NCBI GenBank assembly: GCA_964447905.1
Contig: CAYUUK010000004.1
Location: 14,695 to 78,694, forward strand
DNA: 64,000 nucleotides
From: an uncultured Pseudomonadales bacterium
GTDB lineage: Bacteria; Patescibacteriota; Microgenomatia; UBA1400; UBA1396
Direction: 5' to 3'
A program made the position numbers and the translations under genes. Position 1 is the stretch's first letter. The number at the start of each line of letters is the position of its first letter. The notes under the pieces are model-generated. The model made no database searches, was not told the DNA's origin, and saw only the letters and a list, made by a program, of their open reading frames with translations. Below, piece after piece: positions 1-9,858 of the stretch.

Positions 1-807
1 ATGGCCAAAGCAGTTCGAACTCGCCGTGATGCGCGCCATATCAGCTATGTCCACACGCCGCCACGCTCCCTCTATGGGCACAGTACAATGTCTGACTGGA
101 AAAAAAATCCTTTCGTACGGATAGGTGGTGAACTCATCAATTTTTGGATGCGGTATGTCGATTTCCAAACCGCGCAGAATCCAGATGTGTTGGTGGCAAA
201 CAGCACAACCACACAAGAGCGAATAGCCAAATACTATCGGCGAGATGCGGTGGTGGTGTATCCACCGATTGCGTTGGCAAACACCACTCCTCCAGCGGTT
301 TCCGCAGCGGATCGCTCGTATCTGCTGTACGTCAATCGACTGGGGTTTAGTAAACATCCTGAAATTGCGGTCCAAGTGGCCAATGAGCTGTCACTGCCAC
401 TCAAAGTTGTGGGCACTGGAGCTATGGAGTCGCACTTGCGAGAAATTGCTGGTCCAACAGTCGAACTCCTCGGTAGTGTTGATGACGCCACTCTTCAAGA
501 CCTCTACGCGCATGCGCAACTTCTCCTGTACCCAGTGGAGGACGAAGACTTCGGCATGATTCCAATTGAAGCTATGGCTTGCGGAACGCCTGTCGTGGCT
601 CACTATTCAGGTGAACCACGATTTACGGTGGAAAATGGCAAAAATGGTGTCCACGTGCAGAGTTTTGTTCTTTCCGACTGGACTGAGGCCGTTTCTGCGG
701 CACGCCAGCGTCACTGGGACTATAAGAAGATACAAACTGGCACGAAACACTATTCTTCGCAGGCATTTTCACAAGCATTGAGGCAGGTTATTTCTGAAGT
801 AGATTGA
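1..807 (+). CDS. Glycosyltransferase family 4 (GT1/GT4 fold), C-terminal part; the 5' end is cut by the window edge
   Basis: C-terminal GT-B motif 'EDFGMIPIEAMACGTPVV' with following 'NG.NG' segment, typical of the GT4 donor-binding domain. The ORF runs from nt 1, so the start is missing. Confidence 0.7.
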   Translation: MAKAVRTRRDARHISYVHTPPRSLYGHSTMSDWKKNPFVRIGGELINFWMRYVDFQTAQNPDVLVANSTTTQERIAKYYRRDAVVVYPPIALANTTPPAVSAADRSYLLYVNRLGFSKHPEIAVQVANELSLPLKVVGTGAMESHLREIAGPTVELLGSVDDATLQDLYAHAQLLLYPVEDEDFGMIPIEAMACGTPVVAHYSGEPRFTVENGKNGVHVQSFVLSDWTEAVSAARQRHWDYKKIQTGTKHYSSQAFSQALRQVISEVD

Positions 808-876
808 TGTGGGCATCGCGTTCTCTTGACTTTTCTGGTAAATGGGTCAGAATATGGGCTCGCAAGGAAGGAAAGT

Positions 877-1257
877 ATGTCTCAAGAGTATTCACATGAC
901 CCGCTTGGTGTCGGAGATCTTTATAACAACATGATTTCGGTATTTGTTCCAGAATACGCTCGAACTGGAGCAGCTAACGTAGAAGCCAATAGCCCAATTT
1001 CAGTCAGTGTGGGCTCAGAATTTTTTGTTTCTGGCTGGAAGGACAATAGGCCAAATTTTTCGCACATTGTCTATCCAGAGCAAAAGGGCGATCGAATGAG
1101 ACGAGAAGACTACTTAAACCATTTCGGCTGGGTGTATCTTTCTTTAGGGCGAGTAGCGAGTATGGAAGAGATCGCTCAATGGCGAAAAAAACAAGATGTT
1201 CAGATTTTACGAGTAAACAGTACAACTTTTTTGGAGTACTTTGTGAGGGTCCGCTAG
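877..1257 (+). CDS. Hypothetical protein (the ORF opens at 826; the likelier start is ATG 877 behind an 'aaggaaggaaag' RBS)
   Basis: Open frame with a good Shine-Dalgarno; no recognisable family. Confidence 0.35.
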   Translation: MSQEYSHDPLGVGDLYNNMISVFVPEYARTGAANVEANSPISVSVGSEFFVSGWKDNRPNFSHIVYPEQKGDRMRREDYLNHFGWVYLSLGRVASMEEIAQWRKKQDVQILRVNSTTFLEYFVRVR

Positions 1258-2918
1258 AGGAGTTCTCCAAATCCTGCGTTTGTGTCGCTTGGGGGCTGCT
1301 CAGTTTGAATCGGGGTGGCATTTTCAAAAGTATCGATAACTGGAGGAGTTGCCTCGGTGTTTTGAGGTTCATTTATTTCTGGAGGGTTACTTGTGGTTAC
1401 GCCGGCGCCTTCGCTTTGGGGCAGTAAACGCAAGTACACGACGCTGTTAGCAGCCATGAACAGCTCAGTGCTGAGGACATTGGCGGTTGTCCCGAGTGGC
1501 ACTTGTCTGGTTTGACCACCGATATCGGTTATTTCAAGTGTGTATGATCCAGGTTGGACATTATTAAATGTTAGTGGCACGCTTTCTACATGACTGCCAA
1601 ATGGATCATAGTTGGACACCAGCATCTCTATGGTGTTTTCTCGTCGTGTAGCGAGTGCTTTCACCCAGGTGCCTTTTCCGAGTACTTGGATTTGTTCGCC
1701 TGAGATTCGATTCATCAAGCGGAGAGCTAAGTAGCGCGGTTTAATATTATTGCCAAAATCACGGTGGGTGAGCAGTCCCCAACGACCCCAGCGTTCTTGC
1801 CCTTGGGGATCCTTACCGTCCTCAATTTCGAAGACGAAGGCGCGATCAATAACTCCTACCATTTCAATACTTGTGGCTGCTGTGTGCGCTGCGCCAAATG
1901 AGGTGTCGTAGCCGGGATGGTTTTCGCTATCATGCCCAAACTCGGTAATATGAAACTCTAAGTTCGCCATGGCAGGATAGGTGGTGCGCAGTTGCTCAGC
2001 CTCGGCAAAGTCCTTACGGAATTGTTCCACATTGGTGTTATACCGGTGCCAGGAGAAGAAGTCTAATCGTTGATTGTTGTTTTGCGTGTGTTCCACTAAT
2101 CCGGTAAACCAATTTCGATAAAATGCCGTAATAGCTGGACCGCCGAACTGATATGGTTTGGCGTTCTGTACTTGGGCTCGACCCCGATCTGCGTACGTGT
2201 AGAGTGTCAAGTAATTTTTTTCGCCGTAGGTTTTCCAGCCGCCGAATAGGTCGGGCTCATTCCATACTTCGTATATAACGTCATTGATTCCTCGGTTGAC
2301 TGAGTAATGCTGAATTGTAGCCCGGACAGTGTCTTGCCACTGTTCCCAGCGTTTAGGCTTTCCCGTAATGGTGCCATCCTCTGAAATCGGAATCGGCATG
2401 TATGAAAGAGAAATATATGGTTTGGCACCCGTGGCTAAAATGCCGTCGATGACGACATCCAGTTTGGAGAAGTCGTATGTCAGCTGTTCACCGTTGAGCT
2501 GCACAATGTCATAAAAGGAGTAAATGTGGTCAATACGAATGTACTGCGGATTCAGTGCCGCTACTTTGCCTTGAATGGGAGTGAGGTTCCAGTCGCTCAT
2601 CTCGCCACCTTGGGCAAGGTGTTGCCACGGTTTGCTTACGGGACCATATGAAACTGTTGGGTCAATTTGCAGATTGGCTTCTTCACCACTGGCTCCAGCC
2701 AGGAATTCTCTCACCACACTCAGTTGCGTTGCTCCCACAACTCCCACTATGGCGACAACCAAAACAGGAATTAACTGCAAGAACAATTTTATTTTGGAGC
2801 TTCGGCGACTTCTTCGTGGTGACATTTGCTCTAGAATACCCGGAAAGGAAGCTGGTGTGCAAGGGGTCAAACCCCGCGGCCTATAACTGGAGGATCTGAC
2901 CCTGTTTTTATAGGCCAA
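1254..2918 (-). CDS. Membrane-anchored glycoside hydrolase, GH-A clan (GH5/GH39-like)
   Basis: N-terminal TM helix 'LIPVLVVAIVGVVGA'. 'VIYEVWNEPDLFGGW' matches the conserved NEP catalytic acid/base strand of clan GH-A (beta/alpha)8 hydrolases. The C-terminus is Pro/Thr-rich and linker-like. Confidence 0.5.
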   Translation of the reverse strand: MAYKNRVRSSSYRPRGLTPCTPASFPGILEQMSPRRSRRSSKIKLFLQLIPVLVVAIVGVVGATQLSVVREFLAGASGEEANLQIDPTVSYGPVSKPWQHLAQGGEMSDWNLTPIQGKVAALNPQYIRIDHIYSFYDIVQLNGEQLTYDFSKLDVVIDGILATGAKPYISLSYMPIPISEDGTITGKPKRWEQWQDTVRATIQHYSVNRGINDVIYEVWNEPDLFGGWKTYGEKNYLTLYTYADRGRAQVQNAKPYQFGGPAITAFYRNWFTGLVEHTQNNNQRLDFFSWHRYNTNVEQFRKDFAEAEQLRTTYPAMANLEFHITEFGHDSENHPGYDTSFGAAHTAATSIEMVGVIDRAFVFEIEDGKDPQGQERWGRWGLLTHRDFGNNIKPRYLALRLMNRISGEQIQVLGKGTWVKALATRRENTIEMLVSNYDPFGSHVESVPLTFNNVQPGSYTLEITDIGGQTRQVPLGTTANVLSTELFMAANSVVYLRLLPQSEGAGVTTSNPPEINEPQNTEATPPVIDTFENATPIQTEQPPSDTNAGFGELL

Positions 2919-2962
2919 TGGGAGGTGTCTGTATTAGCAGTTGCAAATGCTGGTTGCCAAAA

Positions 2963-2989
2963 ATAGCAGTGTTGCTAAAATAGTGCTAA
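2963..2989 (+). promoter_or_regulatory. CIRCE-like HrcA operator (aTAGCAgTg-N9-tAGTGCTAA) overlapping a putative sigma70 promoter (-35 TTGCCA 2954-2959, -10 TAAAAT 2976-2981) of the hrcA operon
   Basis: Inverted repeat with a 9-nt spacer matching the CIRCE consensus TTAGCACTC-N9-GAGTGCTAA (right arm 8/9, left arm 6/9), immediately upstream of hrcA. Confidence 0.55.
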
Positions 2990-3021
2990 TACCGTACAGT
3001 ACACAGTACAGCGAAGTATTT

Positions 3022-3747
3022 ATGGTTGATTTAACAGGACGACAAATTCAAATCTTACGTGCCGTAGTTGAGAAGTACATGGAAACGGCCGAACCGGTGG
3101 GTTCGGAAACCATTGATAAGAAATTTAATTTTGGTATATCCCCCGCCACGATTCGGAATGAAATGGTGTATTTGGCAAAGCACGGGTATTTGCGGAAACC
3201 GCATTCATCTGCCGGGCGTATCCCAACCTCTATGGCCATCAAGTTTTACGTGCGGGAGTTGATGCGCGAAAAAGACCTGAGTGTTGCCGATGAAGTCTCG
3301 GTGAAAGAACGCATGTGGCAAAATCGCGATCAAGTAGATGATCTATTTACAGAGGCTGCTCGGGTCATTGCGGAGCGGGCAAACTGTATTGGTTTTATTA
3401 TGTCGTACGATACCGAACATGCGTATCATTCCGGGTACGCCCACGTGTTAGCGTTTCCAGAATTTGAGAACATTGATGTTGCACGGACTGTTTTGTCGCT
3501 GATTGAAGAAGAGCGCGCCATGAAAGAAATTTTTGATTTCGCTCGTGGTGATGAACCAGTACACATTATTCTCGGTGAAGATTTGGGGAATCAATATTTG
3601 GAACCGGTGGGCTTTGTCTTTACGGATATCGCGGTCGGGCCAGGACAATACCATATGAGTGTCATCGGGCCAACCCGGGTTGACTATTCATACGTTATCC
3701 CTATGATGAAGTACTTCCGTGAACTGCTTCACGAAATGATGGGATAA
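3022..3747 (+). CDS. hrcA: Heat-inducible transcription repressor HrcA (the ORF opens at 2941; the likely start is ATG 3022)
   Basis: N-terminal winged-helix 'LTGRQIQILRAVVEKYMETAEPVGSETI...ISPATIRNEMVYL' typical of HrcA. Position directly upstream of grpE-dnaK-dnaJ. CIRCE operator upstream. Confidence 0.8.
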   Translation: MVDLTGRQIQILRAVVEKYMETAEPVGSETIDKKFNFGISPATIRNEMVYLAKHGYLRKPHSSAGRIPTSMAIKFYVRELMREKDLSVADEVSVKERMWQNRDQVDDLFTEAARVIAERANCIGFIMSYDTEHAYHSGYAHVLAFPEFENIDVARTVLSLIEEERAMKEIFDFARGDEPVHIILGEDLGNQYLEPVGFVFTDIAVGPGQYHMSVIGPTRVDYSYVIPMMKYFRELLHEMMG

Positions 3748-3787
3748 CCCTTCAGAGAAACTCGATTGAATAGTAAGGAGGAATGGA

Positions 3788-4267
3788 ATGATGTCGCCTA
3801 AAAAGCAATCAGACCAACAACAACCAGCTACGCACGGTGTTACTGCCGATGTAGTGGCTCAGTTGCAGCAGCAAGTTATCGAAAAGGAAGAGGCGCACAA
3901 ACGTGCTCTGGCCGACTATCACAATCTTATGCGTCGCACTGCTGAAGAGAAGAAAGCGCTCGTTGCCTCGGCCAATCAAAATATTGTCAGCGATATGCTG
4001 CCAACGCTCGATCATCTCGAAATGGCGGTTCAACACTATCCAGATGGCTCGCTGCAAATGATTGTCAATGACTTAAAAAAGACACTGGAACAGTACGGTT
4101 TACAGCGCATGGAGACAGTGGGAAAACCATTTGATCCAGCCACTATGGAGGCCGTGGATACGGTTCAGTCGGAAGACAAAGCTGGAGTGGTGGTGCGCGA
4201 GCAGCGAGCTGGGTATCGTCTCAACGATTTGGTACTTCGCCACGCTGAAGTGGTCGTTAACCAATAA
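3788..4267 (+). CDS. grpE: Nucleotide exchange factor GrpE
   Basis: GrpE-like coiled-coil N-terminus and C-terminal beta-domain motif 'GYRLNDLVLRHAEVVV'; located between hrcA and dnaK. Confidence 0.88.
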   Translation: MMSPKKQSDQQQPATHGVTADVVAQLQQQVIEKEEAHKRALADYHNLMRRTAEEKKALVASANQNIVSDMLPTLDHLEMAVQHYPDGSLQMIVNDLKKTLEQYGLQRMETVGKPFDPATMEAVDTVQSEDKAGVVVREQRAGYRLNDLVLRHAEVVVNQ

Positions 4268-4317
4268 AAAAACTACGCAAATAAAAAAGAAAAAACTAAT
4301 ACACATAAGGAGGAAAC

Positions 4318-6219
4318 ATGGGAAAGATTATCGGAATCGACCTCGGAACAACGAACTCGGCTATTGCCGTCATGCAAGGTGGAAAGGCCACGATTGTGCC
4401 GACCGCCGAAGGTCGCAATACTTTTCCGTCTATAGTGGAACCAGAAAAAGGCTTAGTGGGTGATGCCGCCAAGCGCCAGATGATTCTGAATCCAAAGAAG
4501 ACGATTCAATCGGTGAAGCGCTTGATGGGTCGCCGTTTTGACGACGCCGAAGTGAAGAAGACCGAAGAGCACGTCGCTTTCGATATCACCAAAGGCAAAG
4601 ACGATATGGCCATGGTCAAGGCCGACAAGGAGTACACGCCGCAAGAGATATCAGCCAAGATTTTGCAGAAAGCCAAAGCCGATGCCGAAGCGTTCTTGGG
4701 TGAAACCGTGGACCGCGCCGTGATTACGGTGCCGGCCTACTTTGATGACTCCCAACGCCAAGCCACCAAACAAGCCGGTGAAATTGCTGGCTTGAAAGTA
4801 GAGCGCATCGTAAACGAGCCAACGGCCGCTTCTTTGGCCTACGGTCTCGACAAAAAATCCAACGAACTCATTGCGGTCTATGACCTCGGTGGTGGTACGT
4901 TTGATATCTCCATTTTGGAAATTGGCGACGGTGTCTTTGAGGTGAAGTCCACCAACGGTGATACCTTCCTCGGTGGTAACGACTTTGACGGTCGCATCAT
5001 TGACTGGGTAGTCGACGAGTTCAAAAAAGAAAACGGCGTGGACTTGTCCAAAGACAAGCAAGCCCTGCAGCGTATTCGTGACGCGGCCGAAAAAGCCAAG
5101 ATCGAGCTCTCAGCTGCGCAGGAAACCGAGATTAACCAGCCCTTCATTACTCAAGGCGAAGAGGGTCCGCTCCACTTAACCATGAAGCTCACTCGCGCCA
5201 AGCTCGAAGAACTCGTGGGCGATTTGATTGAGAAGTCATTTGGTCCGGTAAAGCAGGCTTTGAAAGATGCCGGCGTTTCTGCTTCCGATGTGAACGAAGT
5301 CGTTCTGGTCGGTGGTATGACCCGTATGCCGAAGATTCAAGAAGAAGTCGAGAAGTTCTTTGGCAAGAAACCAAACAAGAGTGTGAACCCGGACGAAGTG
5401 GTGGCTCTCGGTGCTGCGATTCAAGCCGGTGTTATCGGTGGTGAAGTTGACGACATTGTGCTGCTCGATGTGACTCCATTGACGCTTGGTTTGGAAACGC
5501 TCGGTGGTGTGCGTACACCACTGATCCAGCGCAATACTACGGTGCCAACCAGCAAGTCACAAGTCTTTTCGACCGCCGCTGACAACCAAACCCAAGTGGA
5601 AATCCACGTTTTGCAGGGTGAGCGCGAAATGGCTGCCGATAACAAGTCTTTAGGTCGCTTCATTTTGGATGGTATTCCCCCAGCGCCACGCGGTGTGCCT
5701 CAGGTAGAGGTCACTTTTGACATTGACTCGAACGGTATCTTGCACGTCTCGGCCAAAGACAAGAACTCGGGCAAAGAGCAGAAGATTACCATTCAGAACG
5801 CCACCAACTTGTCCGAGGACGAAGTCGAAAAAATGAAGCAAGACGCCGAAGCGCACGCCGAAGAGGACAAGCGCAAGCGCGAGCTGGTAGAAGCTCGAAA
5901 TCAGGCGCAGTCGGTAGCCAGTCAAATCAAGAAGCAGCTGGAAGACTACGGCGACAAGCTCGAAGAGGACGACAAAAAGAAGATCTCCGAGCAAATCGAA
6001 AAACTCGAGCAACTTTCTCAAGACGAAAGTGCCGATAAAGAAACACTCGACAAAGCCGTCTCGGAAACCTTCGAAGCCGCGCAAAAGATTGGCGAAGTCA
6101 TGCAGCAAGCTGGAGCCACTCCAGATGGTGCGGAGGCCAACGAAGCCAAGAGCGCCAAGAAGGAAAAAGACGCCAAAGCCGACGCCGAAGAAGGCGAAGT
6201 GGTTGAGGACGAAGAGTAA
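4318..6219 (+). CDS. dnaK: Molecular chaperone DnaK (Hsp70)
   Basis: '[13 protein letters not shown]', '[12 protein letters not shown]', '[14 protein letters not shown]' Hsp70 signatures; RBS 'aaggagga'; acidic EEVD-like C-terminus. Confidence 0.97.
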   Translation: MGKIIGIDLGTTNSAIAVMQGGKATIVPTAEGRNTFPSIVEPEKGLVGDAAKRQMILNPKKTIQSVKRLMGRRFDDAEVKKTEEHVAFDITKGKDDMAMVKADKEYTPQEISAKILQKAKADAEAFLGETVDRAVITVPAYFDDSQRQATKQAGEIAGLKVERIVNEPTAASLAYGLDKKSNELIAVYDLGGGTFDISILEIGDGVFEVKSTNGDTFLGGNDFDGRIIDWVVDEFKKENGVDLSKDKQALQRIRDAAEKAKIELSAAQETEINQPFITQGEEGPLHLTMKLTRAKLEELVGDLIEKSFGPVKQALKDAGVSASDVNEVVLVGGMTRMPKIQEEVEKFFGKKPNKSVNPDEVVALGAAIQAGVIGGEVDDIVLLDVTPLTLGLETLGGVRTPLIQRNTTVPTSKSQVFSTAADNQTQVEIHVLQGEREMAADNKSLGRFILDGIPPAPRGVPQVEVTFDIDSNGILHVSAKDKNSGKEQKITIQNATNLSEDEVEKMKQDAEAHAEEDKRKRELVEARNQAQSVASQIKKQLEDYGDKLEEDDKKKISEQIEKLEQLSQDESADKETLDKAVSETFEAAQKIGEVMQQAGATPDGAEANEAKSAKKEKDAKADAEEGEVVEDEE

Positions 6220-6249
6220 GGCAAAGAGTAGACAGACTAGAAGGAAAAA

Positions 6250-6294
6250 GGATTCACCTTCTCGGACTCCCCGTCCGGGAAGGAAAATCCTTTT
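6250..6294 (+). terminator. Imperfect hairpin plus TTTT between dnaK and dnaJ (possible partial terminator or processing site)
   Basis: ggatt-cac-CCTTCTCGGA-ctccccg-TCCGGGAAGG-gaa-aatcc followed by TTTT. Confidence 0.35.
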
Positions 6295-6305
6295 AGATAC
6301 ATATC

Positions 6306-7169
6306 ATGGCAACCAAACGCGACTACTACGAAATCCTCGGTGTGGAAAAAACGGTCACGCCGGATGAACTGAAAAAGGCCTATCGCCAGATGGCCATGAA
6401 GTTTCATCCCGATCGCAACAAAGAAGAAGGCGCCGAAGAAAAGTTCAAAGAAATTAACGAAGCCTACGAAGTGATCAGCGATGAGCAGAAACGCAAAACT
6501 TATGACCAGTTTGGTCATGCTGCTTTTGAAGGTGCGGCCGGCATGGGTGGCAACCCGTTTGGCGGTGGTTTCCGCCAGGGCGGGCCATTTACTTACACCT
6601 ACTCCACCAGCGGAGGAAATCCGTTTGAAGGGTACGATGACTTTTCTGATCCGTTTGATATTTTTGAGCAGTTTTTTGGTGGTGGATTTGCCGGTGGACA
6701 AGCTCGTCAGCGCAAACCACGCTACACGCTTCGTGTTGATTTCATGGACGCCGTAAAAGGTGCCGAAAAAAAAGTGACTATCGACGGCAAGGAACACACC
6801 ATCAAAATTCCAGCGGGGGCTGACGACGGCACTCGCATTCGCTACGAAGAATTCGATATTACGCTTGATGTATTGCCTCATAAGAAGTTCCGACGAGACG
6901 GATACGATATCTTTATTGATCAGGAAATTGACTTTACCACTGCCGCTCTCGGAGGGCAGACAGAGGTTGAGACGCTTGATGACATGCTGAAGCTCAAGGT
7001 GCGTGCAGGTACGCAGTCGCACACGCTCATTCGTTTGCAGGGTGAAGGCGTGCAGCATGTGCGAGGTGGCGGAAAAGGTGATATGTATGTTCGTTTAGTG
7101 GTCACTATTCCGAAAAAGCTTTCTCGCAAGCAGAAGAAACTGCTTGAACAGTTCCGTGAGAGCGCGTAA
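6306..7169 (+). CDS. dnaJ: J-domain co-chaperone, DnaJ/CbpA class B (no zinc-finger CxxCxGxG repeats)
   Basis: J domain 'DYYEILGV...AYRQMAMKFHPDRN' with HPD; G/F-rich linker; C-terminal substrate-binding domains. Only 287 aa and no Cys repeats. Confidence 0.85.
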   Translation: MATKRDYYEILGVEKTVTPDELKKAYRQMAMKFHPDRNKEEGAEEKFKEINEAYEVISDEQKRKTYDQFGHAAFEGAAGMGGNPFGGGFRQGGPFTYTYSTSGGNPFEGYDDFSDPFDIFEQFFGGGFAGGQARQRKPRYTLRVDFMDAVKGAEKKVTIDGKEHTIKIPAGADDGTRIRYEEFDITLDVLPHKKFRRDGYDIFIDQEIDFTTAALGGQTEVETLDDMLKLKVRAGTQSHTLIRLQGEGVQHVRGGGKGDMYVRLVVTIPKKLSRKQKKLLEQFRESA

Positions 7170-7178
7170 ACTGAAAGC

Positions 7179-8366
7179 ATGTACAGGGCTCGCTTTTTCT
7201 TTCAATCTCTTTTTAGTATTTCTGTGTTGGGGGTGCTACTTTTAGCACCGGTGGCAGCAGTGCACGCACAAAGCGAGTTGCCAAACACTGCAGTTTCTAC
7301 ACAGGTGGAGAATACCGAACCTGATGGCGAGCTTGCTGATGACACCCAAAGTGTATTACCTCTCGAAGACACCAGCATGGTTGAGCGTGCGCCACAGTTT
7401 TATGCTGACTCAACTCTCGAGCTCGCCGATGTCTACTACGGTCCAGTTTTTGCTGCTGGTGGACAGGTGAACTTTTCTGGTGAAGCCTATGAAGATGTGG
7501 TGGTTGCTGGTGGAAGCGTGCGTATTGATGGGCGTGTTCACCAAGATATCTATGCGGCAGGTGGAACTGTCACGATTCTTGGTCAAGTTGACGGAAATAT
7601 CATTTTAGCTGGTGGAGAGGTAGTGTTTACCGAGACTTCGCAGGTGAATGGTTCTGTGATCTCCGCTGGTGAAAAACTGGGATTGTCCGGCAGCGTTCTC
7701 AATATGGCCTACTTGGGTGGAAGCTCAGTTTCCTTGGCCGGTCAGATTCAAGGGGATGTGAATGTTGGTGCTGAAACCGTTGTGCTCACGGAAACTGCTT
7801 TTGTTGGCGGAACGGTAGTTGGTGTGGCTGGAGAACCAGTAAACGCTGCTGAGGGCAGCGACGTAACTGGTGGAGTAGATGTCATGATCGAAGATCGCAC
7901 CAAGAAAGATGAGGCAGCCTCGGTTGGTGCCTGGGTATTCAAAACACTCTCGAATCTTGTGAGTTATTCCTTGATTGCCTTGATTACCATTCTCGTTTTT
8001 TCGAAAGCATTTGCCGCAATGGCATCTCGGTTTGCTGAGACTCGAGCAACCAGTATTGGAGTGGGTGCACTCACCTTTGCCTCTCTCATGTTTGGGTCAC
8101 TCCTTATTTTCTTCACGATTCTTGGCTGGAAAGCCGGCTTGATGGGCTTCCTCGCCTTGATGGGACTCTTTTCTTTCGGTTGGCTCGTGCCTGCCTATGA
8201 AATGGGTGTTCGTCTCGGAGCGAAGCAGGGTGTTTGGGTACAAGCCCTTGTTGGCGGTGCTCTGACCGCTCTGATTGCCAGCGTACCGTTCTTCGGCGGC
8301 CTTCTCATGATTGGGTTGAGTACCTACGGTGTGGGTGTGGCCATTCGCGCTTTGCGCAATGACTAG
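7179..8366 (+). CDS. Signal-peptide protein with bactofilin-like (DUF583-type) beta-helical repeats and a C-terminal polytopic membrane domain
   Basis: N-terminal signal peptide '...LLLAPVAAVHAQ'. About eight tandem repeats of roughly 17 aa of the form 'AGG.V.I.G.V.GD/N' (for example 'VVVAGGSVRIDGRVHQDIYAAGGTVTILGQVDGNI'), resembling bactofilin/CcmA turns. The last ~150 aa form about four TM helices. Confidence 0.45.
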   Translation: MYRARFFFQSLFSISVLGVLLLAPVAAVHAQSELPNTAVSTQVENTEPDGELADDTQSVLPLEDTSMVERAPQFYADSTLELADVYYGPVFAAGGQVNFSGEAYEDVVVAGGSVRIDGRVHQDIYAAGGTVTILGQVDGNIILAGGEVVFTETSQVNGSVISAGEKLGLSGSVLNMAYLGGSSVSLAGQIQGDVNVGAETVVLTETAFVGGTVVGVAGEPVNAAEGSDVTGGVDVMIEDRTKKDEAASVGAWVFKTLSNLVSYSLIALITILVFSKAFAAMASRFAETRATSIGVGALTFASLMFGSLLIFFTILGWKAGLMGFLALMGLFSFGWLVPAYEMGVRLGAKQGVWVQALVGGALTALIASVPFFGGLLMIGLSTYGVGVAIRALRND

Positions 8367-8459
8367 GGAAGTCTCACGGCACGTGTAAAAAGGAAGAAGA
8401 ATCCTCACCTACACACTTTTTCCCTGACTGGTATAATACAATTTGCCTCAGTTACGAAG

Positions 8460-8484
8460 AGGTGGGCATGCCCACCTTTTTTTA
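8460..8484 (+). terminator. Rho-independent terminator (perfect GGTGGGCATGCCCACC stem plus T7)
   Basis: 16-nt perfect palindrome followed by 'ttttttt'; lies 94 nt downstream of the 7179-8366 gene. Confidence 0.6.
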
Positions 8485-8562
8485 TACTTGGCACTTCGGT
8501 GGGAGCTGTGTGTTTCCCAGACGAAATAAGAACAATACGAAAAAAGAGGAAAAAGGAAACAT

Positions 8563-9795
8563 ATGACCAGCAACATGATTCGCAGTGGTTTCATGGCTCT
8601 TCTTGAGCAAGTTGCCAAGGAGCGCAATATTAGTGTTGATAAAGTGGTAGAGTCTATTGAAGCCGCTATTGAGGCTGCTTTACGTAAGGACCGTCCTGAT
8701 TTGTTTGCCGAGGAAGATGATGAAGAAAGCAACATTCGTTTTGAGGTGCAACTGGATCGCAATGAGGGTTCTGCTCGCATCTTCCGCATTGAAGACGAGG
8801 GTGAACCAGTTGATGTAACGCCGGCTGGATTCGGACGTATTGCTTCTCAAACCGCCAAGAATGTTATTTTCCAAAAAGTGCGTGAGGCCGAGCGCGATGC
8901 GCTGATTGACGATTTTTCTGAACGTGTGGGTACTCTGGTACAAGGTACCGTTATTCGCTACGACGGTCGTAATGCCATAGTTGATCTCGGTCGAGGTCAA
9001 GGTATTATGCCGCCAGAAGAGCAGATGCACGGCGAGTTTTATCGCCCGAATTTGCGTATCACTGTTTTAGTGAAGTCTATTGAAGAAAGCGAGCGCGGTC
9101 GTCAAATTATTGTTTCTCGTGCGGACGAAAACTTGGTTATTAAGCTCTTTGAACGTGAAGTTCCAGAGATGTCTGCTGGTGCAGTAGAGATCAAGGGTAT
9201 TGCTCGTGAGGCTGGAATTCGCACCAAATTGGCTGTTTTCTCTGATCGACCAGGTGTTGATCCAGTAGGATCCTGTGTGGGTCAGCGCGGCGTGCGTGTA
9301 CAAGAAGTCATTCGCGAAGTAAATAACGAAAAAATCGATATTATTCAGTTCTCTGACGATCAACGTCAATACTTGGCGGCGGCACTTGCTCCAGCCGAGT
9401 CATTAGCAATTGATGTTGATGCCAAAAATATGACAGCTGTTGTCACCGCTCCAGATGACCAACTTTCGTTGGCGATCGGTCGAGGTGGACAAAATGTTCG
9501 CTTGGCTGCCAAGTTAACTGATTACAATATCACTATTCACTCCGCGGCTGGTGAAAAACAGGCCAGTGCTACCGGTGATGAAGAATACGAAATTGATCAA
9601 ATTGTTGGTATTACTCCAGAAACCCGTGAGTACATGATTGAAAATCGTGTCACGACTCTGGAAGATCTCCAGCACAAATGGGAAACATTTAGCGCAAACG
9701 AGCGTTTGTCTGATGACCAACGCGATTTACTCGATGCTGCCCGACAAGCATTTGTTGAGCAAATGCAAGCGGAAGAAGACTCTCGTCTCGAGTAA
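8563..9795 (+). CDS. nusA: Transcription termination/antitermination factor NusA
   Basis: NusA N-terminal domain 'LLEQVAKERNISVDKVVESIEAAIEAALRK', S1 and tandem KH ('GRGGQNVRLAAKLT') domains; followed by infB. Confidence 0.9.
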   Translation: MTSNMIRSGFMALLEQVAKERNISVDKVVESIEAAIEAALRKDRPDLFAEEDDEESNIRFEVQLDRNEGSARIFRIEDEGEPVDVTPAGFGRIASQTAKNVIFQKVREAERDALIDDFSERVGTLVQGTVIRYDGRNAIVDLGRGQGIMPPEEQMHGEFYRPNLRITVLVKSIEESERGRQIIVSRADENLVIKLFEREVPEMSAGAVEIKGIAREAGIRTKLAVFSDRPGVDPVGSCVGQRGVRVQEVIREVNNEKIDIIQFSDDQRQYLAAALAPAESLAIDVDAKNMTAVVTAPDDQLSLAIGRGGQNVRLAAKLTDYNITIHSAAGEKQASATGDEEYEIDQIVGITPETREYMIENRVTTLEDLQHKWETFSANERLSDDQRDLLDAARQAFVEQMQAEEDSRLE

Positions 9796-9858
9796 TTCTG
9801 ATCCGCGAGTTGAGCCAGTTCGGTTGCTCCGATTCTGGTAGGCTCAGTACAAACAAGC

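Noticed and set aside
4651-6224. Several 60-150 aa ORFs antisense to dnaK (4651-5061, 4878-5147, 5650-6108, 6018-6224)
   Set aside because: Entirely embedded in the strongly supported dnaK frame, low-complexity translations and no RBS; classic antisense shadow ORFs.
6237-7058. 273-aa minus-strand ORF overlapping dnaJ
   Set aside because: Antisense to the clear J-domain protein; no motif, no start context.
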